A stretch of 64,000 nt of DNA from Salpingoeca rosetta (taxonomy: Eukaryota > Protista > Choanoflagellata), in NCBI GenBank assembly GCA_033442325.1, contig JAWQFM010000006.1, forward strand, positions 1,679,336 to 1,743,335, written 5' to 3'. The translations under genes were made by a program, and so were the position numbers. Each line of letters starts with the position of its first letter. Positions within the stretch are counted from its first letter, which is position 1. The notes under the pieces are model-generated. The model was not told the DNA's origin and searched no databases. It saw only the letters and a program-made list of their open reading frames with translations. This document shows positions 1 through 14,076 of the stretch, piece by piece.

Positions 1-111
1 CGGCTGTGTGCTGTGTTGTCTCGTGCCTGGCATGGATCAAATCAATGAACCAATCTGAACAAGCGTTGCTGTTTGAGAGGGCGCAAAACAACAAGAGCGA
101 GAGAGTGTAAC

Positions 112-219
<108 letters not shown>

Positions 220-350
220 CAAAAATTACAAACTATTTTTTTATTTTCTGACCCCTTGGTTGAACCCACAAGTGCGTGCACTGCGTGAAGAGCATTCGCA
301 ATTCCGCGAACGACACAGCATCTCATTTTTCCGCACACCAACAGCAGACG

Positions 351-642
351 ATGACCGTGATGATGGAGGCGACTGCGCAAGTCGCAGATGCCGCCGTGGC
401 CAGCGATGTTGCTGCCCGTGGTGGCGCTGCTGGTGTGACGAAGGAGGGCGATGGTGAGCCTGCACAGCCCCACACAAGCGAGGATGAAACGCTGTTGAAG
501 GAGGTGGCCAACCTCAAGGCTTCCATGTCCGAAGCAGACATCGAAGCAGGTGTGCAACAACGCAATGCCAAATGAAGAAAATGTAGGGTGGTGATGCGTC
601 TGCGTGCGTGTGCCTGCGTGCCTCGCCGTGTGTGTGTGTGTG

Positions 643-696
<54 letters not shown>

Positions 697-2639
697 GCCC
701 TTTCGATCTGTTCTCTGCCGCCTCCCCTCCCCTGCTCCCCTTTCTCCCTGTCTCCTGTTACACGACCTGGCGTACTGACCACGACAAACGATGATAATGA
801 TGATGATGATGATGACAATACACCATGGGGCAGAGCGTGACTTGGCCCATTGGTTTCCTGCTTTTTGGTACGGCGAGCGCCTGCGCCTCACGGAGCTGAG
901 TGGACCCCCTCCAAAAGGTACCTGCAATGTGTGTGTGTGTGCGTGTGTGTGTGTGCGTGTGTGCGTGTGTGTGTGTGTGTGAGGTATACTGCGTGAAACG
1001 CCACCTTCCAAGCTCCACATGCCTGTCACATCTCCGCTCTTCTGTTACAGCTCACACGTGCACACTCATACGCAGACTTGAATGAGGAGGAGAAGCGCTT
1101 GCACAAACAGTATCGCGACTACATGGCAAAGGAGCGACGGGGTCGAGACCTCTACGTGAAGCGCCAGGAGTACGTGGAACCGTCGTCTGCTTAAACTGTT
1201 GCTTGATTCCCCTGTCGTAGCACACACGTGCGCACTTACACATGCACCCACACACGTACACACACGTACACATGTACCCACGTACACACACACACACACA
1301 CGCACACACACGTACACACACTCACACACACACTCACACACACACGTACATACACACACACGCGCGCGCGCGCGCAGGGATGAGGCTGCCCTGTTTGAGA
1401 AGTTCAAGCCACGCAAGCGACGTGGTCCGCGCCTGCCGCGTTTTGCCGCCGCGTCACGCGAGGAGTCGAAGATTGTCGTCATCCCAACGCCGCAGCTGCT
1501 TCCCCCGCGTGTCCTGCGCATGCGGCACGGCGACTCTGCGGCTGTGCCCATCATCACCGAGCCGCCGGCACCGAAGATGGAGGGCCCTCCGCTCGTCTGC
1601 CAGGTCGAGTGGGAACACGACATCATCTCAGAGAGCGAAGACGACGAGCATGACGAGCACGATGAACGCAATGGGGAATTGAGGCACGGCCGATCGCACG
1701 GCATCAAGGCCCAGCCATCGTCATCGCTGGACAGCGCGCTTGGATCATCGCCAGCCTCATCTTCCGAATTTACCGAGGACTTGGGGCCCGAAGACAGCTT
1801 CCTCGGAGACGTGGTTCGTGTGTGTGTGTGTCTGTGTCTGTGTCTGTGTCTGTGTGTCTGTGTGTCTGTCTGTGTGTCTGTGTGTGTGCGTGTGTGTGTC
1901 TGTGTGTCTGTGTCTGTGTGCGTGTGCGTGTGCGTAAATTGCACATCGGCCGCACATCCGCCAACCTGCCAACTCAAACTGCACCCTTCTCCTTCTCTCC
2001 CCCTTCATCACCCCATGTCCCCATGCACCGCCTGCCCCACCATCACTTGATCGCTTCGCAGCCGGACGAGACGACGCGTCGACAGCAGCTGGTGGAGACG
2101 GCAGCGATTGTTGCACAGAAGCGCCTCAACGCCATCCGCATGCGCGAAGAGGAGGTACGGGCGTGCGTATGTGTGTGTACGTGCATGTGTATGTGTATGT
2201 GTATGTGTGTGTGCTTGTGCTTGTGTATGTGCATGTGTATGTGTGCTCCTTCCCACTCCTACTCCCCTACCCATCCCCCCTGCTTTATCAGTTCCTTCTT
2301 CCTTTCCTGTTCCTGCTTGTTGTTTGCTTTGCACTCGTCCCTCACCACTGTACACACCCAATCGCTGCTGCGGCTGCTTCGCATGACAGGAGCGTAAGAA
2401 GGCAGAACAGGCCAGGGTATGTCATCACCATCCTTACCGCATGCCGCTGCCAATATCAGCTCACTCGTTCATTGCTGTCCTTTATCTTCCATCACGTTCC
2501 AGTCACATCTGTTATTTACGTGCTCCCTTCCCACTGACCTTCTCCCTTCTGAACACCAACCACCCGTTCGTAACCATCTGTGCAGATTGCGCGAGGAAAA
2601 CGACGCGTGCGAGGCAGACCACGAGCAGCAGAGGTGGCT

Positions 2640-2720
<81 letters not shown>

Positions 2721-4932
2721 CAGCATGTTCATCTGTGGGTGCCATGAATGTGACGCAAACACATTATGTTGACACGTCCTCTTCTCCCCATCCCTAGCAC
2801 TTACCACCCCGAAATGCGCATCTGTCCCACAGCAGAACAAACAGGCGGACGCAAAGAAGAAGAAGAACCCGCCAAAGTCAAAACCAACAGCAGCGGCAGC
2901 TGACAGTGGTGGTGCTGCTGCCTCCTCAAAGTCAAAGTACGTCATACACACTCCACACCAAGCCACTTTTGTGTCTGTTCTTCCTTGTTCGCGGTTGTGT
3001 CTGTTCTTTCCTGTTTGCCATTTCTTCTGCACATGCTCACGTATACACTCACTCACTCACACACTCATTCACTCACTCACTCACTCACTCACTCATTCAC
3101 ACACACACACACACTCTCTCTCTCTCTCACGTATCCACACACTCTGCTTGTTTGCAGGTCGCAGCCCAGCAACGCCACGCGAAGACATGGTGGGCACATT
3201 TGCGCGTCCTTTGTCCCTTCCCAACTCACAACACAGAATACGCATTCCTGCATTTGAGTTTCCTGTTTGCCTATTCCCACACCTCAACCTCGCCAACACA
3301 AACACGTGCAAACACGCACGCGCACACACAACCCCCACCCAAATCAATCCCTTCCCCTCATCTCGCCTCACGTCGCCTGTTCCTCTTATCCGAACGTGCA
3401 GCTGATCCCAAAGCGTCACAGCGCCGCTTCCTCGTGGGTGGCCAGTCTGATGCAACATACACTGTCGACGTCACAGACTGTGTCCAGCAGGACCAGCACA
3501 AGCCCATGGACCTCCCACAGTACGCTTGCCGTCTGTGTGTGCGTGTGTTGTGTGTGTGTGTGTGTGTTTGTGTGTTTTGTGTGTTTTGTGTGTTTTGTGT
3601 GATTGTGTGTTTTGTGTGTGTGTGTGTTATGTGTGTGTGATTGTGTGTGTTTGCAATTGCCCTGCTTCCGCACCCATTTGTCGCAACACCAACTCCTTCA
3701 TCTCACACCAACCACTCACACCAACCACTCCCACCACCACCAGGCGGTTCAGCGTGCTTGAGCCGCTCAACACGGCGATGGCGACGACGCGATGGGAGGA
3801 TGAGGTGCTCTACGACAGCGAAGATGACATGGACCCAGAGGCAGAACTGGTCCACCAGAAGATGCTCCAGCAGGTACACAATACAACACACACACACACA
3901 CACATGGCCCTAAGGGAAGGGTTCGTGGATGTTTCACTGCTACGAAGTTCTTCCTCGTGTCTGCCGGCCACCACCACCACCACCATTTTTGCTTCCACTC
4001 TCACGCTCCCCCCCCCTCTCCTCCTCCTCCTACACTGGCTGCAGGCACACAAGATTGTGCTTGACATGAACGATCCGCACATGGTGTTTGACTTTGCTGT
4101 GTCGCGGCCGCGGCGGCGCGTCGAGTATGTCCTGCAGCAGAACAAGGGTCGCCTTCGTATCCCGGACTGGAAGCTGGAGGAGATTGCAAAGGCAATGGCC
4201 CCAAAGGACACCCGTTTCATGAGTGCGTGGCCTTCATGTGTGTGTGTGTGTGTGTGTGTGTGTCGCGATGGGCGCGTTGTGTGTGGTTTTCTGCCACTGC
4301 GAACCGGCCTGTCGTGCACAGTGACACTCAGAAACGTGCAAAAACAATACGCCGTACTCATTCATCGCTGTCGTGTCCACATTGTTACTTGCCTGGCACA
4401 TGTCCGCCTTATCTTCACTCCAGCGGATGACAAGTTCAACCTCTCTAACGATCGCTTTTACGCCACAAAGCACGGTGAGCTGCCGTGTCCTCCTCCTCTC
4501 ACCGTTGTGATTTGTGACGATATCATCGTCGCTGCGCGCACACATGCTCAAGCGCTCACACACTCACACACTCACACACTCACACACTCACACACTCACA
4601 CACTCACACACTCACGTTGCCCTCACTTCATCGACACACGTTCCCCCCCCCCCAAAAAAATCATCCCCTTGCGCAGAGAATCCGTACCACTGGTCGAACA
4701 TGATGCTTGACCGGCCCGTCACCCACGCCAACCCGGCCCTCAAGCTCGATGAGCGCTTCTTCCCAACCCACCTCACCCAAAAGTACGCTGCAGCGCTGTG
4801 TGCATGTGTGTGCATGTGTGTGTGCGTGTGTGTGTGTGTGTGTGTGGTGCCTCATGCTTGCGGCTCGCCTCCCGTGTTGGTGAGTTGCCTCCACTCATCA
4901 ACCCCACACCCAACCCATCATCAACAACCCCT

Positions 4933-5003
<71 letters not shown>

Positions 5004-8000
5004 AAATCGTGCGCGTGCGTGCAGGGATCTGCGGTACTTCCACCGGCCGACGCTGCGAAACATTGTGGAGAACGAACGCAGCCCGCTCCAGAACGCAAAC
5101 CTCCTCGAACAGAACAGGAAGCCAAAGATGCAGAGGTGCGCACTGATGGCGTGGGTTGCTAATTTCCCTCTGTGATTGTTGTGCGCTGGCCGATTCGTGT
5201 GTTTGCTGTACGCTCCCTGACTATTGACCTTTGCAATACTCCCTCACCCACCACACACACACACACACCTTCACAACACGACACAACACAACACGACACA
5301 ACACAACACAACACAACACAACACAACACAACACAACACAACACAACACACACCCAAACACGCATATGCAATATTCTCTCTCTCTCTCTGTCTCTTGCGT
5401 TCAGGGCGACTGGCACGAGTCCTTTTGATGCGGACGACATCACGGCCAAGACGGGGCGGGTCGTGCTGGCAGAGTACAGCGAGGAGCACCCCTTCTTCAT
5501 CATGCGTCCAGGCATGTGCACCGTGATCCGCAACTTCCACCGGCCAGGCCCAACCCCGTACAAGCCGCTGCCATACGGCATCCTCATCCCGATTGAGAAG
5601 GTGGACGGCTCGCCGTTCCTCGGTCGCATGGCGCGTGGCCAGACAGTGCAGGCCTTTGAGAACAACCTCTTCCGCGCGCCGGCCTACGCGCACCACATGC
5701 GTGGCACAGACTTTCTCGTCACACGAAACCCGCAGACAAAGGAGCTGCACGTGCGCTACATTGGCGACATCTTCGTGGTGGGCCAGCTCATGCCCAAGAT
5801 GGCACTGCCCGCGCCCAACAGCAAGGCGGCGTCCGACCTGCAGCGCAAGCGGCTGGAGGCGTTTGTGTATCGCATGTTCTTCAAGCGGACAGTGCGGTCG
5901 CGAAAGAGGCGACACAGGCAGGAGCGCCCACGCGTGCGAATGGATGCGGTGAAGAAGGCGATGCCAGACCAGAGCGACACGAACATTCGCCGCGTGCTGA
6001 AGGAGTGCGCCAAGTTCCAGCGGCACGGTGCAGACAACGGCTCGTGGGAGTGGAAGCTGGACTCGCTGCCCACCAAGTACGACCTGCAGGCGAAAATCAC
6101 ACCGGAGGAAGTGTGCGCGTACGAGAGCATGCTGGCTGCCGAGCAGCGGCTGAGGGACATGGGGTACAAGACGGCGCTGATTGCCGAGGCCGCAGACGAG
6201 GCGCGCAAGGAGCCAACGCGCAACGAAGGCGACGATGATGAAGACGGTGACAAGGAGAGCGGTGGCGATGGTACGGGCGCCGTTGATGAGGCAAAGGTGG
6301 CGCCGTGGTGCCTCAGCCAGGACTTTGTGGACTGCGTGCAGAGCAAGTGCCTGCTGGCGATTGTTGGCTCGGCAGACCCAACTGGCACGGGCGGGAAGCT
6401 GGGCATGTCGTACGTGCGCATTGCGAAGAAGCCCTCCAACGCGCGCGTGCATGATCCCAACGCGAAGAAGAAGAGCGATGACGCCGTGGATCTGCGAAAG
6501 CTGCCGCTCGAGCTGGCCCGCAAGATCCTGATTGAGCGCTACGGCATGACGGACGCCGAGCTCGAGGGCATTCCTCGCTGGCACGTGATTGGCATTGTGC
6601 GGCGCAAGGCCACGGAGGAGGCAAAGACATCGTCGGTCGAGCTGGACTATGCGCGCAACAGCAACTCGGCTGTGGCCATGCACCGGCGCAAGTTTGAGTC
6701 GCGCTGCCAGGCGGCGTTTGACGGGCAGAACGGGTCGCTGGCGAGCATCGAGGAGGTGCCGAGCGATGACGAGGGCGGCGATGATGAAGGCGGTGAGGGA
6801 GAGACACGTGGCGAGGGTGACACGGACCGCTCGACCACAGCAACAGCTTCAGCCGCAGCCGCAGGAAAGATTGGTGGAAGCGGTGGTGGTGCCGACAGCA
6901 CAAAACAGGCCAACCAGCAGCAAGCAAAGGAAAGGTACGCCAAGCAGATGGACGAGAGGGAGGACGATACGCAGTCGCTGGTGTCGGAGTCACAGGCGAG
7001 CGTGGTGTCTGCCCGCAGCGTGAAGGGCAAGCGGGACGAGAAGAAGAGCAAAAAGGCAGCAAAGAAGGCAAAGAAGGACAAGAAGAAGAAAAAGAAAAAG
7101 GAGAAGAAGAGGGAGAAGAAACGGCAACAACAGCAGCAACAGCAGCACCATGCCAAGCAGGGTCGCAGTGACGGCAACAACAATGCTCATGAAGAGAAGC
7201 AGGCTCGTAACAACACCATCACCACCAGCAACAACAACAACAACAACAACAACAACAGCGGTGATGGTGATGGTTCAAAGAGCAAGAACGGCGGCGATTC
7301 GCAAGGAGAGCGTCGGTCGCCGTCACCCTCGCCATCGCAGCAGCAGCAGCAGACGGGGCCCAAACGCAAGCTGAAGATCTACCGCGCAACGCTCAAGCCC
7401 GAGCACCGCGACAAGAAGGGCAAGGTCGGCCCCTCGGACGCACGCGCAAACCCGGAGTGGTTCACCATCCGTGTGGAGACGGTGGAGGACCCACGGGTCA
7501 TCAGCGCGTATGTGCTCGAGACGCGCGCGAGACTGGCGGAGCAGCAGCAGCACAACCGCCGCTACGGCGTGAATGCGCCCGTGCAGAACATTGAGGGCTC
7601 GCTGGCGGTGAGCGACACGAGCACATCGGCCATGGCCCTCACGGGAACCAAGCTTCGGCTCAACATGAGCTTGATGCAGCAGAGCAGCGAGGCGGGGACG
7701 GCCAAGCGCGGCAGCAGCAGCGGTGGCGGCGGCGCTGAGCAGCCGGCGAAGCGAGCCAAGTCGCGGGGTGGAAGTACCTCCTCCGCGCTGCGTGCACAGG
7801 CGAGCGCAGACGGCGCCAGCAGCGTGTTTGGCGACACGGGCGGTGGCGGCGACAACGATGACGCGCGCTCTGTATCTTCACGGACATCGCGCACATCCAA
7901 GCGATCCGCACGCAGCAGGAAACCCGCCACGACAGCGCCGGCAGCAACGGCAGCTGCAGGCACAGCGGTGAGTGATGGGGACAAGGAGACGGCGCGTGGC

Positions 8001-9038
8001 CCGCTGCGCGTGCGTCTGTCGCTGGCCGGTGACAGCCGGGCGGATTCTGAGGCAGCGTCGGACGCAACGGGGACGGGACCGCCGTCGCTTCGCGTGCAGC
8101 ACAAGGCGGCAATTCGCAAGCTCAACGAGACGCTCAAAAACATTCTCATGCGGGTCATGGCCAAGGAGGAGTATGCAGAGCTGGTGCAGCTGAGCCGGGC
8201 AAAGGCGGTAGTGCCGCCTGGCCGCGGGAAGAGCAGGCGCGCAGCAGAGGCGCAAGCAAAGCATACGCTGGACGACGTGTTAGGGCGTGCGGCGATGCTC
8301 AAGTTCAGGAGCCTGACGCAGTTTGAAACGGCCGTGCGTGAGGCAATTGAGGCTGCGCGCGTCGCGGGTGGTCCGTCGGTTGCCCTGGTCACCACCGCAG
8401 AACACATGCGAAAGGACGTGGATGACATGATCACGGAAGACAAGAACAACCCGTACGAGCTGGAGCGGCAGGTGGTGCATCTTGGGTTAATGCGCAAGCA
8501 GAGCAAAGGCGGCAAGATGCCACCGTCAGCGCCACCAACACCTGGCATTGGCACGCCGCTGACAACAGCACCACACTCGCCCGCGTCCACTATCGGTGGT
8601 GCAGCCACGACCACAACAACAGCAGCAGCAGCAGCGACGGCGACGGGTCTTGGTAAGGATGCGTCCGTGGGCAGTGGCGAGGGTGGTGCGACTGGCACAC
8701 CGCTGGGCAGCGCAACAGGAACAACGGGCGCAAGCACAACCGGTGTTGGCAGTGGTGCGTTACCACCAGCCACGCCAACAACAGCACAGGCAACACCAGC
8801 AACACCTGCGACAGCTGCGACAACAACGGGAGCGCCAGTGCAAGGGCCAGCACAGGGCGCCCCTGCAACACCCGTGCAGTCGATGCCCAAGCTGACGTTC
8901 CGGCTGAACCAGGGGTCTGTGGTGGCGCCGAGCAGTGAGGAGGGCAGTGGGTCTGGTGCTGCGCTGTTGGACGACAGTCTGCGCATGCTGGAAGATGTTG
9001 ATGATGGCAGTGCCGGCGATGGTAGCAAGAAGGCATAA
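351..9038 (+). CDS. TAF1: Transcription initiation factor TFIID subunit 1 (multi-exon; true start may lie upstream)
   Basis: Approximate exons: 351-549, 834-918, 1077-1169, 1379-1812, 2062-2154, 2586-2634, 2833-2936, 3159-3190, 3402-3519, 3744-3873, 4045-4222, 4424-4474, 4677-4782, 5024-5134, 5405-9038. TAF1-like motifs: WFPAFWYGERLRLTEL, DDKFNLSNDRFY, VVLAEYSEEHP, QAFENNLFRAPAYAH, TDFLV, VGQLMP, ITPEEVCAYESM, APW, GSADPTG, LRKLPL. A bromodomain-like segment lies near 8112-8480. Confidence 0.93.
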
Positions 9039-9554
9039 CTATGAGAGTGTGAGTGAGTGAGTGTGTGTGTTCGTGTGTGTGTTTATGTGTGCGTGTGTGT
9101 TTGTGCGTGTGTGTTTATGTGTGCGTGTGTGTGTGTGTGCGTGTGCGTGTGTGTGTTTATGTGTGCGTGTGTGTTTGTGTGTGTTTGTGTGTGTGTGTGT
9201 GTGCCTCGCTTTCGCTTTCGCTTTCGCTTGTTCCCATCACGCGATGTTTGAGGTGAGTGTATCTTGACAACCCAAAGCACCGGTAGTAAACGCAAGCAGT
9301 TTAACTCACGGCTCTGCAGCGACCACAACACCAAAGCAGAACACTGTGCATTCATACACGCATGCACCAACGAAAATGCAGCAAATCACATCACACAAAG
9401 AACACGAACAAGATCACACACACACACACACACATGAGAGGCCAAGCTATGTAAACAACGACGACCAGAAACAACAATGGGCACATCTCACAAGCGGGTC
9501 TCAACACACACTGCCATTCCATTCACATCCCACAACACTGTGCAGTGCGGTGCG

Positions 9555-9898
9555 TCATGCAGTCTGCTCTGTGCTGGCTTGTGTGCTGGCGCCATCACCA
9601 CCAGCAGCGGCGGGTGTGGCCTTATCACCATCCTGTGTCTCGCTGCTGCTCTTCTTGGTTGCGGAGCGCGGGGGTCTGATGACGCCCTCACTGAGGTCGC
9701 GCCGCATGGCAAACGCATCTTCGCCGTCCGCATAGTAGCGGTGCTCCGTGTCGTAGATCCTGCGTGTGTTGGGGGTGGGGGAAGGCAATGAATAACGGGA
9801 GGATGAGAAGGAATAACGGGGAAGAGGGGCAATAGCAAGGGATGAGGGGAGATGGTGGGATGGATTGCTTGGGCAAGCCCTCATGTTCTCGTGCATGT

Positions 9899-9948
<50 letters not shown>

Positions 9949-10963
9949 AACAAAGGAGAGGCTGCTGCTCCCTCAAAATTCAACTCACTCAAAGCCGAGA
10001 GTCTTGTTGTACAGGTTGAGCGCAGCCCTATCCATCAAAGACAGAAGTGTTGAATGCAAGGTGAGCCGACGGCAGCCACAGCAGGAGAACGAACGTCCAA
10101 GACAACCAGAAGCAAGCCACAAGAAAGCCACAAGAACGCCACAAGGAAGCCATAAGGAAGTCACGAAGCCGCCAGACAACGACACGACCACAGGAACACA
10201 CAACCACACAAACACACAAACACACGCAACCACATGACCACGAGCACAGGAAGGCAGGTCGCACCTGTTGCTTCTGCGGACGTGCAGGGAGCAGAACTTG
10301 GCGCTGTAGTTGTCCACCATGGCCTGAGCGGCCTGGTCCATGAGCTTCCGCGCGAGGCCGAGACGACGGTGCGAGCGCTTGACAGCAAGCGACGTCACGT
10401 GGCCAGTAATCACCTCGCCACCCTCTACAACAAAAAGGACGAGGCAACCGCGCGGGGAAGGAAACCGCGGAAAGAACAAGGTGAGGCGCATGCAGTCGAG
10501 ATGGGAACAAACGTCATGTTGGTTGGTGAGGCATGAGTTTCAAAACAGAAACCCCCCCCACCCCCATCACACCTACCTTCGTCCATCTTGGCGAGCACAT
10601 AACCAACAATGTCGCCGTTCTCATCCTCGGCAACGTGCGACAGCTGCAACACATGAACGTAAAAGAAAATGGAAGCATCAGCATGAAGCACCCGTGAGCT
10701 CGCGTTCACACACGACACAACAACACACGCACACCACACACGACACATACACAACAAAAACGACATGCACGCACACCACACACCACACAACACACAACAC
10801 ACACCACACAACACACAGCACGGACGACACGCACACTGACCTGCGGCCAGCTGAGCCCGTGGTAGAGGTAGTATTTGAGCTGGTAGTTCTCTGGCAAGCA
10901 CAACAGGTTGCAGTGCTGCATGTTGATGAGATCATCAACCGTTGCCGTGCGAATCGACACCAT
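9555..10963 (-). CDS. NAA10: N-alpha-acetyltransferase 10 (NatA catalytic subunit, ARD1)
   Basis: Exons ~10963-10841, 10643-10577, 10425-10265, 10026-9987, 9760-9555 give [104 protein letters not shown]. Confidence 0.97.
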
Positions 10964-11134
10964 CGCGCTTGCGTGCGTGTGGGTGTGGAGGTTGGTGGTG
11001 AGTGGTGAGCAGTGGTGTGAGATGTGACAGACGCGAGAGACGTGAGTGTCTTTGCAGCTGTGCGGTGTCTCTCTCGTGTTCGTGTTTTGCTTGTTTGCCT
11101 GTTGCTACATTTTATGCTGTTTTGACCCGTCAGC
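10964..11134. promoter_or_regulatory. Putative bidirectional promoter NAA10/UPRT
   Basis: Only 171 bp between divergent start codons. Confidence 0.6.
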
Positions 11135-12145
11135 ATGGCCAGCGACGAACGGGTGCGTGCGTTTGGTCGTTGGTGGTGGTTTTCGCGCCCTTGCTTGCTT
11201 GCTTGCTTGGGCCTGTGTGCTGTGTCGTTACACGACAAACAGGCCGTTGGCTGGATGGCTGGCTGGGTGGATGGGTGGGTGGACCTGGGGTGTGGTGCGT
11301 GCACGGCTGGTGTTAGGTGGCTGGTTGTTGGCATGCACGTTCGGTGGATGTGTGTGTGTGTGTGCGTGTGAGCCAGTGGTTTGCTCAGCTAGGTCCTGCA
11401 TCAAGAGCACGTGGTCCCAGCCAGCAGATCGATTTGCAGTGCTTGATGATGAGTGTGCTCAAATCACACGAACCTCAACCACCATGCATCCACGACTACA
11501 CTAACATGCACGCTTGTTAGGTGTGCGTCTTGGAGCAGACGCCCAATGTGGAGGCGATCATCACCGCTCTCCTGGACGAGTAAGCCGTGCCGCCGCCGCC
11601 GCCGCTGCTGCTGCTGCTGCGTTTCTGGCCTTGCTCCATTCATCTGCACTTCAAAGCTGTGAATGTGGCCTCAACTCCTGCGCCCTTCCCCCTCCCCTTG
11701 TTGTCTGCTGTGTGCTACCACCACCTTGAGCAGGTCCACGCCGCAGACGGAGTTTGTCCAGTTCTCGCGACGCGTGGTATGTGCTGCCGTCCGCGCATCA
11801 GCCTCTGCTGTGGCAATTGGAGCTCCTGCATCGCTCGCGTCCCTGCTGACCCTTGACTCACAACGCGACTGCTCTCCCCTGTTTGCTTGTTTTTTGCCTC
11901 CACAGATCCGGCTGGTTATCGAGGCCGGTATCAACTTCCTGGACATGGAGGATCACACCGTGGAGACGCCATCAGGTACGTGGAACGTGGGTTGGCGGAT
12001 GGGCGGGCGCAGTGTGGGTGAGTGTGGTGACTGGGTCTTGCAACAAGTGACTCGGCGTGACTGCAGTATTGCGTGGATGTTCATGTGCGTTGTGCGTTTG
12101 CCATGCGGTGCTGGTAGTGTCCACACACACACACACACACACACA

Positions 12146-12206
<61 letters not shown>

Positions 12207-13438
12207 ACGCACACACACACACACACACACACTCACTCACTCACTCACTCACACACACACACGCACGCACACACACACACACACTCTCTCTCACACACTC
12301 TCTCTGTCTCTCTGTCTTGCCTCACTGTGCGCATCACCACTGGCAGGCCATCCCTTTCAAGGCCTGAAGCTTGTGCAAGAGCCGTGTGGCATCAGCATCA
12401 TGCGTGCAGGTCAGCTCCCTTCAGCAACCCCCGTGCTTTTGTTCCCTCTACGTTTTGCGCTCGTTCAACCTGTCGTCACCGAATCGTATGCGCATGTGTG
12501 TCTGCGGGTGCGTGTTTGTATGTGTGAGTGTGATTACCCCAGTTCCTTTATCCACCTACGCACACGAGCTCACCAAACCGAACTCCACGTTCCCCTTCTC
12601 TCTCTTCCTTCTTGCACCATGTGGCGCAGGTGAGGCGATGGAGCAAGGCCTGCGGGACTCGCTGCAGTCGATCAACATGGGACACATGCTCATCCAGCGC
12701 GACCGCGAGAACCCGAGCAGCGACCCCCAGGTCAGCATCACGTGATGTATGTGTATGTGTGTGTCTGTGTGTGTCTGTGTGTGTCTGTGCTGTGCGTGCG
12801 TGTGTGTGTCTCTGTGTCTCTGTGTCTCTGTGTCTGTGGCTGTCTATGTGTGTGTGTATGTGATGTAGAGGCACACATGACCACGTTTCGCAAACTTTGT
12901 TCGTTAGTTCGTTTGTTCGTTTGTTCGTTTTTGTACCTGCACGCTTTACCTGGTGTTTCACTGCACCTGATCGCTCCTCGTTCTCATGCTCCCCCCCCCC
13001 GTCTGCATGTGTGCGTGTGCATGTGGTGCAGATTTACTTCCACCACCTTCCCGCGAACATTGATAAGAAACCCATTCTCCTCCTCGACCCCATCATTGGT
13101 GCGACACGCGCACATGCAGTGCACTCGAACCAACAAACCAAATCAAGCCTTGTTCCACCTCACACCTGTACTCACACACACGCACACACACTCTCTCTCA
13201 CGCACACGCACACACACACACACACTGTGCAGACTCTGGCGCGACCATCATCAACGCGCTGCGCATTCTGGTGAAGGAAGGGGCAGAGGACAAACGCATC
13301 ATCATCCTATCGGTGTTTGCGTCCGACGCAGGCATCGATAGGGTCCTGGGCTCCTTTCCCAACGTGCGCATTGCACTCGCGCGTAAGATGGACAACTGCC
13401 AGGCCGTTCGCTTCTCCAAGCGCTACTTTGGCACCTGA
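11135..13438 (+). CDS. UPRT: Uracil phosphoribosyltransferase-like protein (animal UPRT-type C-terminus)
   Basis: Exons ~11135-11152, 11521-11579, 11734-11776, 11906-11975, 12347-12408, 12630-12730, 13032-13098, 13233-13438: MASDERVCVLEQTPNVEAIITALLD..EFVQFSRRVIRLVIEAG..CGISIMRAGEAMEQGLRD..GHMLIQRD..ILLLDPIIDSGAT..RYFGT*. Confidence 0.9.
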
Positions 13439-14076
13439 TGACCCTTAAGCAACCCCCGCGCTCAGTGCTCTCCCTTCTTCCCCCCCCCCTTCCTTCCCTC
13501 TTAGATCGGTGCCTGGCTGGTTGCTGGTTTGTTTGCTTGCTTGTTTGTTTGGTTGGTTGGTTGTTTGCTTGTTATCTGACCTGATGAAATCCACGAAAAA
13601 TGCTTTGTGCCCACGACCGTTGCTTCTTGCTCATGTCTCTGTTTGTTTGTTTGTTTGCTGTCTTCTCCCTCGCCCGCCTGGTATTCTTGTGCTTGCGTGT
13701 CTGTCTGTCTGTGGCCCGAGGCCCATGAAAAATGAAACGCCATGTTATGGAATGTGATGTGAGCAAGGAAATGGAAGGAAATGGAGTCAAATCATGTCAT
13801 GAGATACAAAGCACAGTGATGGGTGTGGCCGTGCGAAACGCCACCAGCAGAGAAACAACAGCAGCAAAGCAGTACCCGCATCACTGAGCGGCAGCGCAAG
13901 AAAGTAGGCAAGCCATTATCAAAAAAAAAAATAACAACAAGGGAAAGGAAATGCACACAAACACACACACACACACACGACGCAGCGTACAAAAAAAATG
14001 TCTTCGTTTGTGCAGCGTATGTGTTTGAGCCCCTCTCATCAAGCCATCGTCACTGCCATCGTCACCAGTGGCATCA

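Noticed and set aside
5271-9036. Long antisense ORFs opposite TAF1 (similar ones lie opposite UGM, RNase J and the VWA gene)
   Set aside because: Shadow frames expected from high-GC3 coding sequence; no recognisable motifs.
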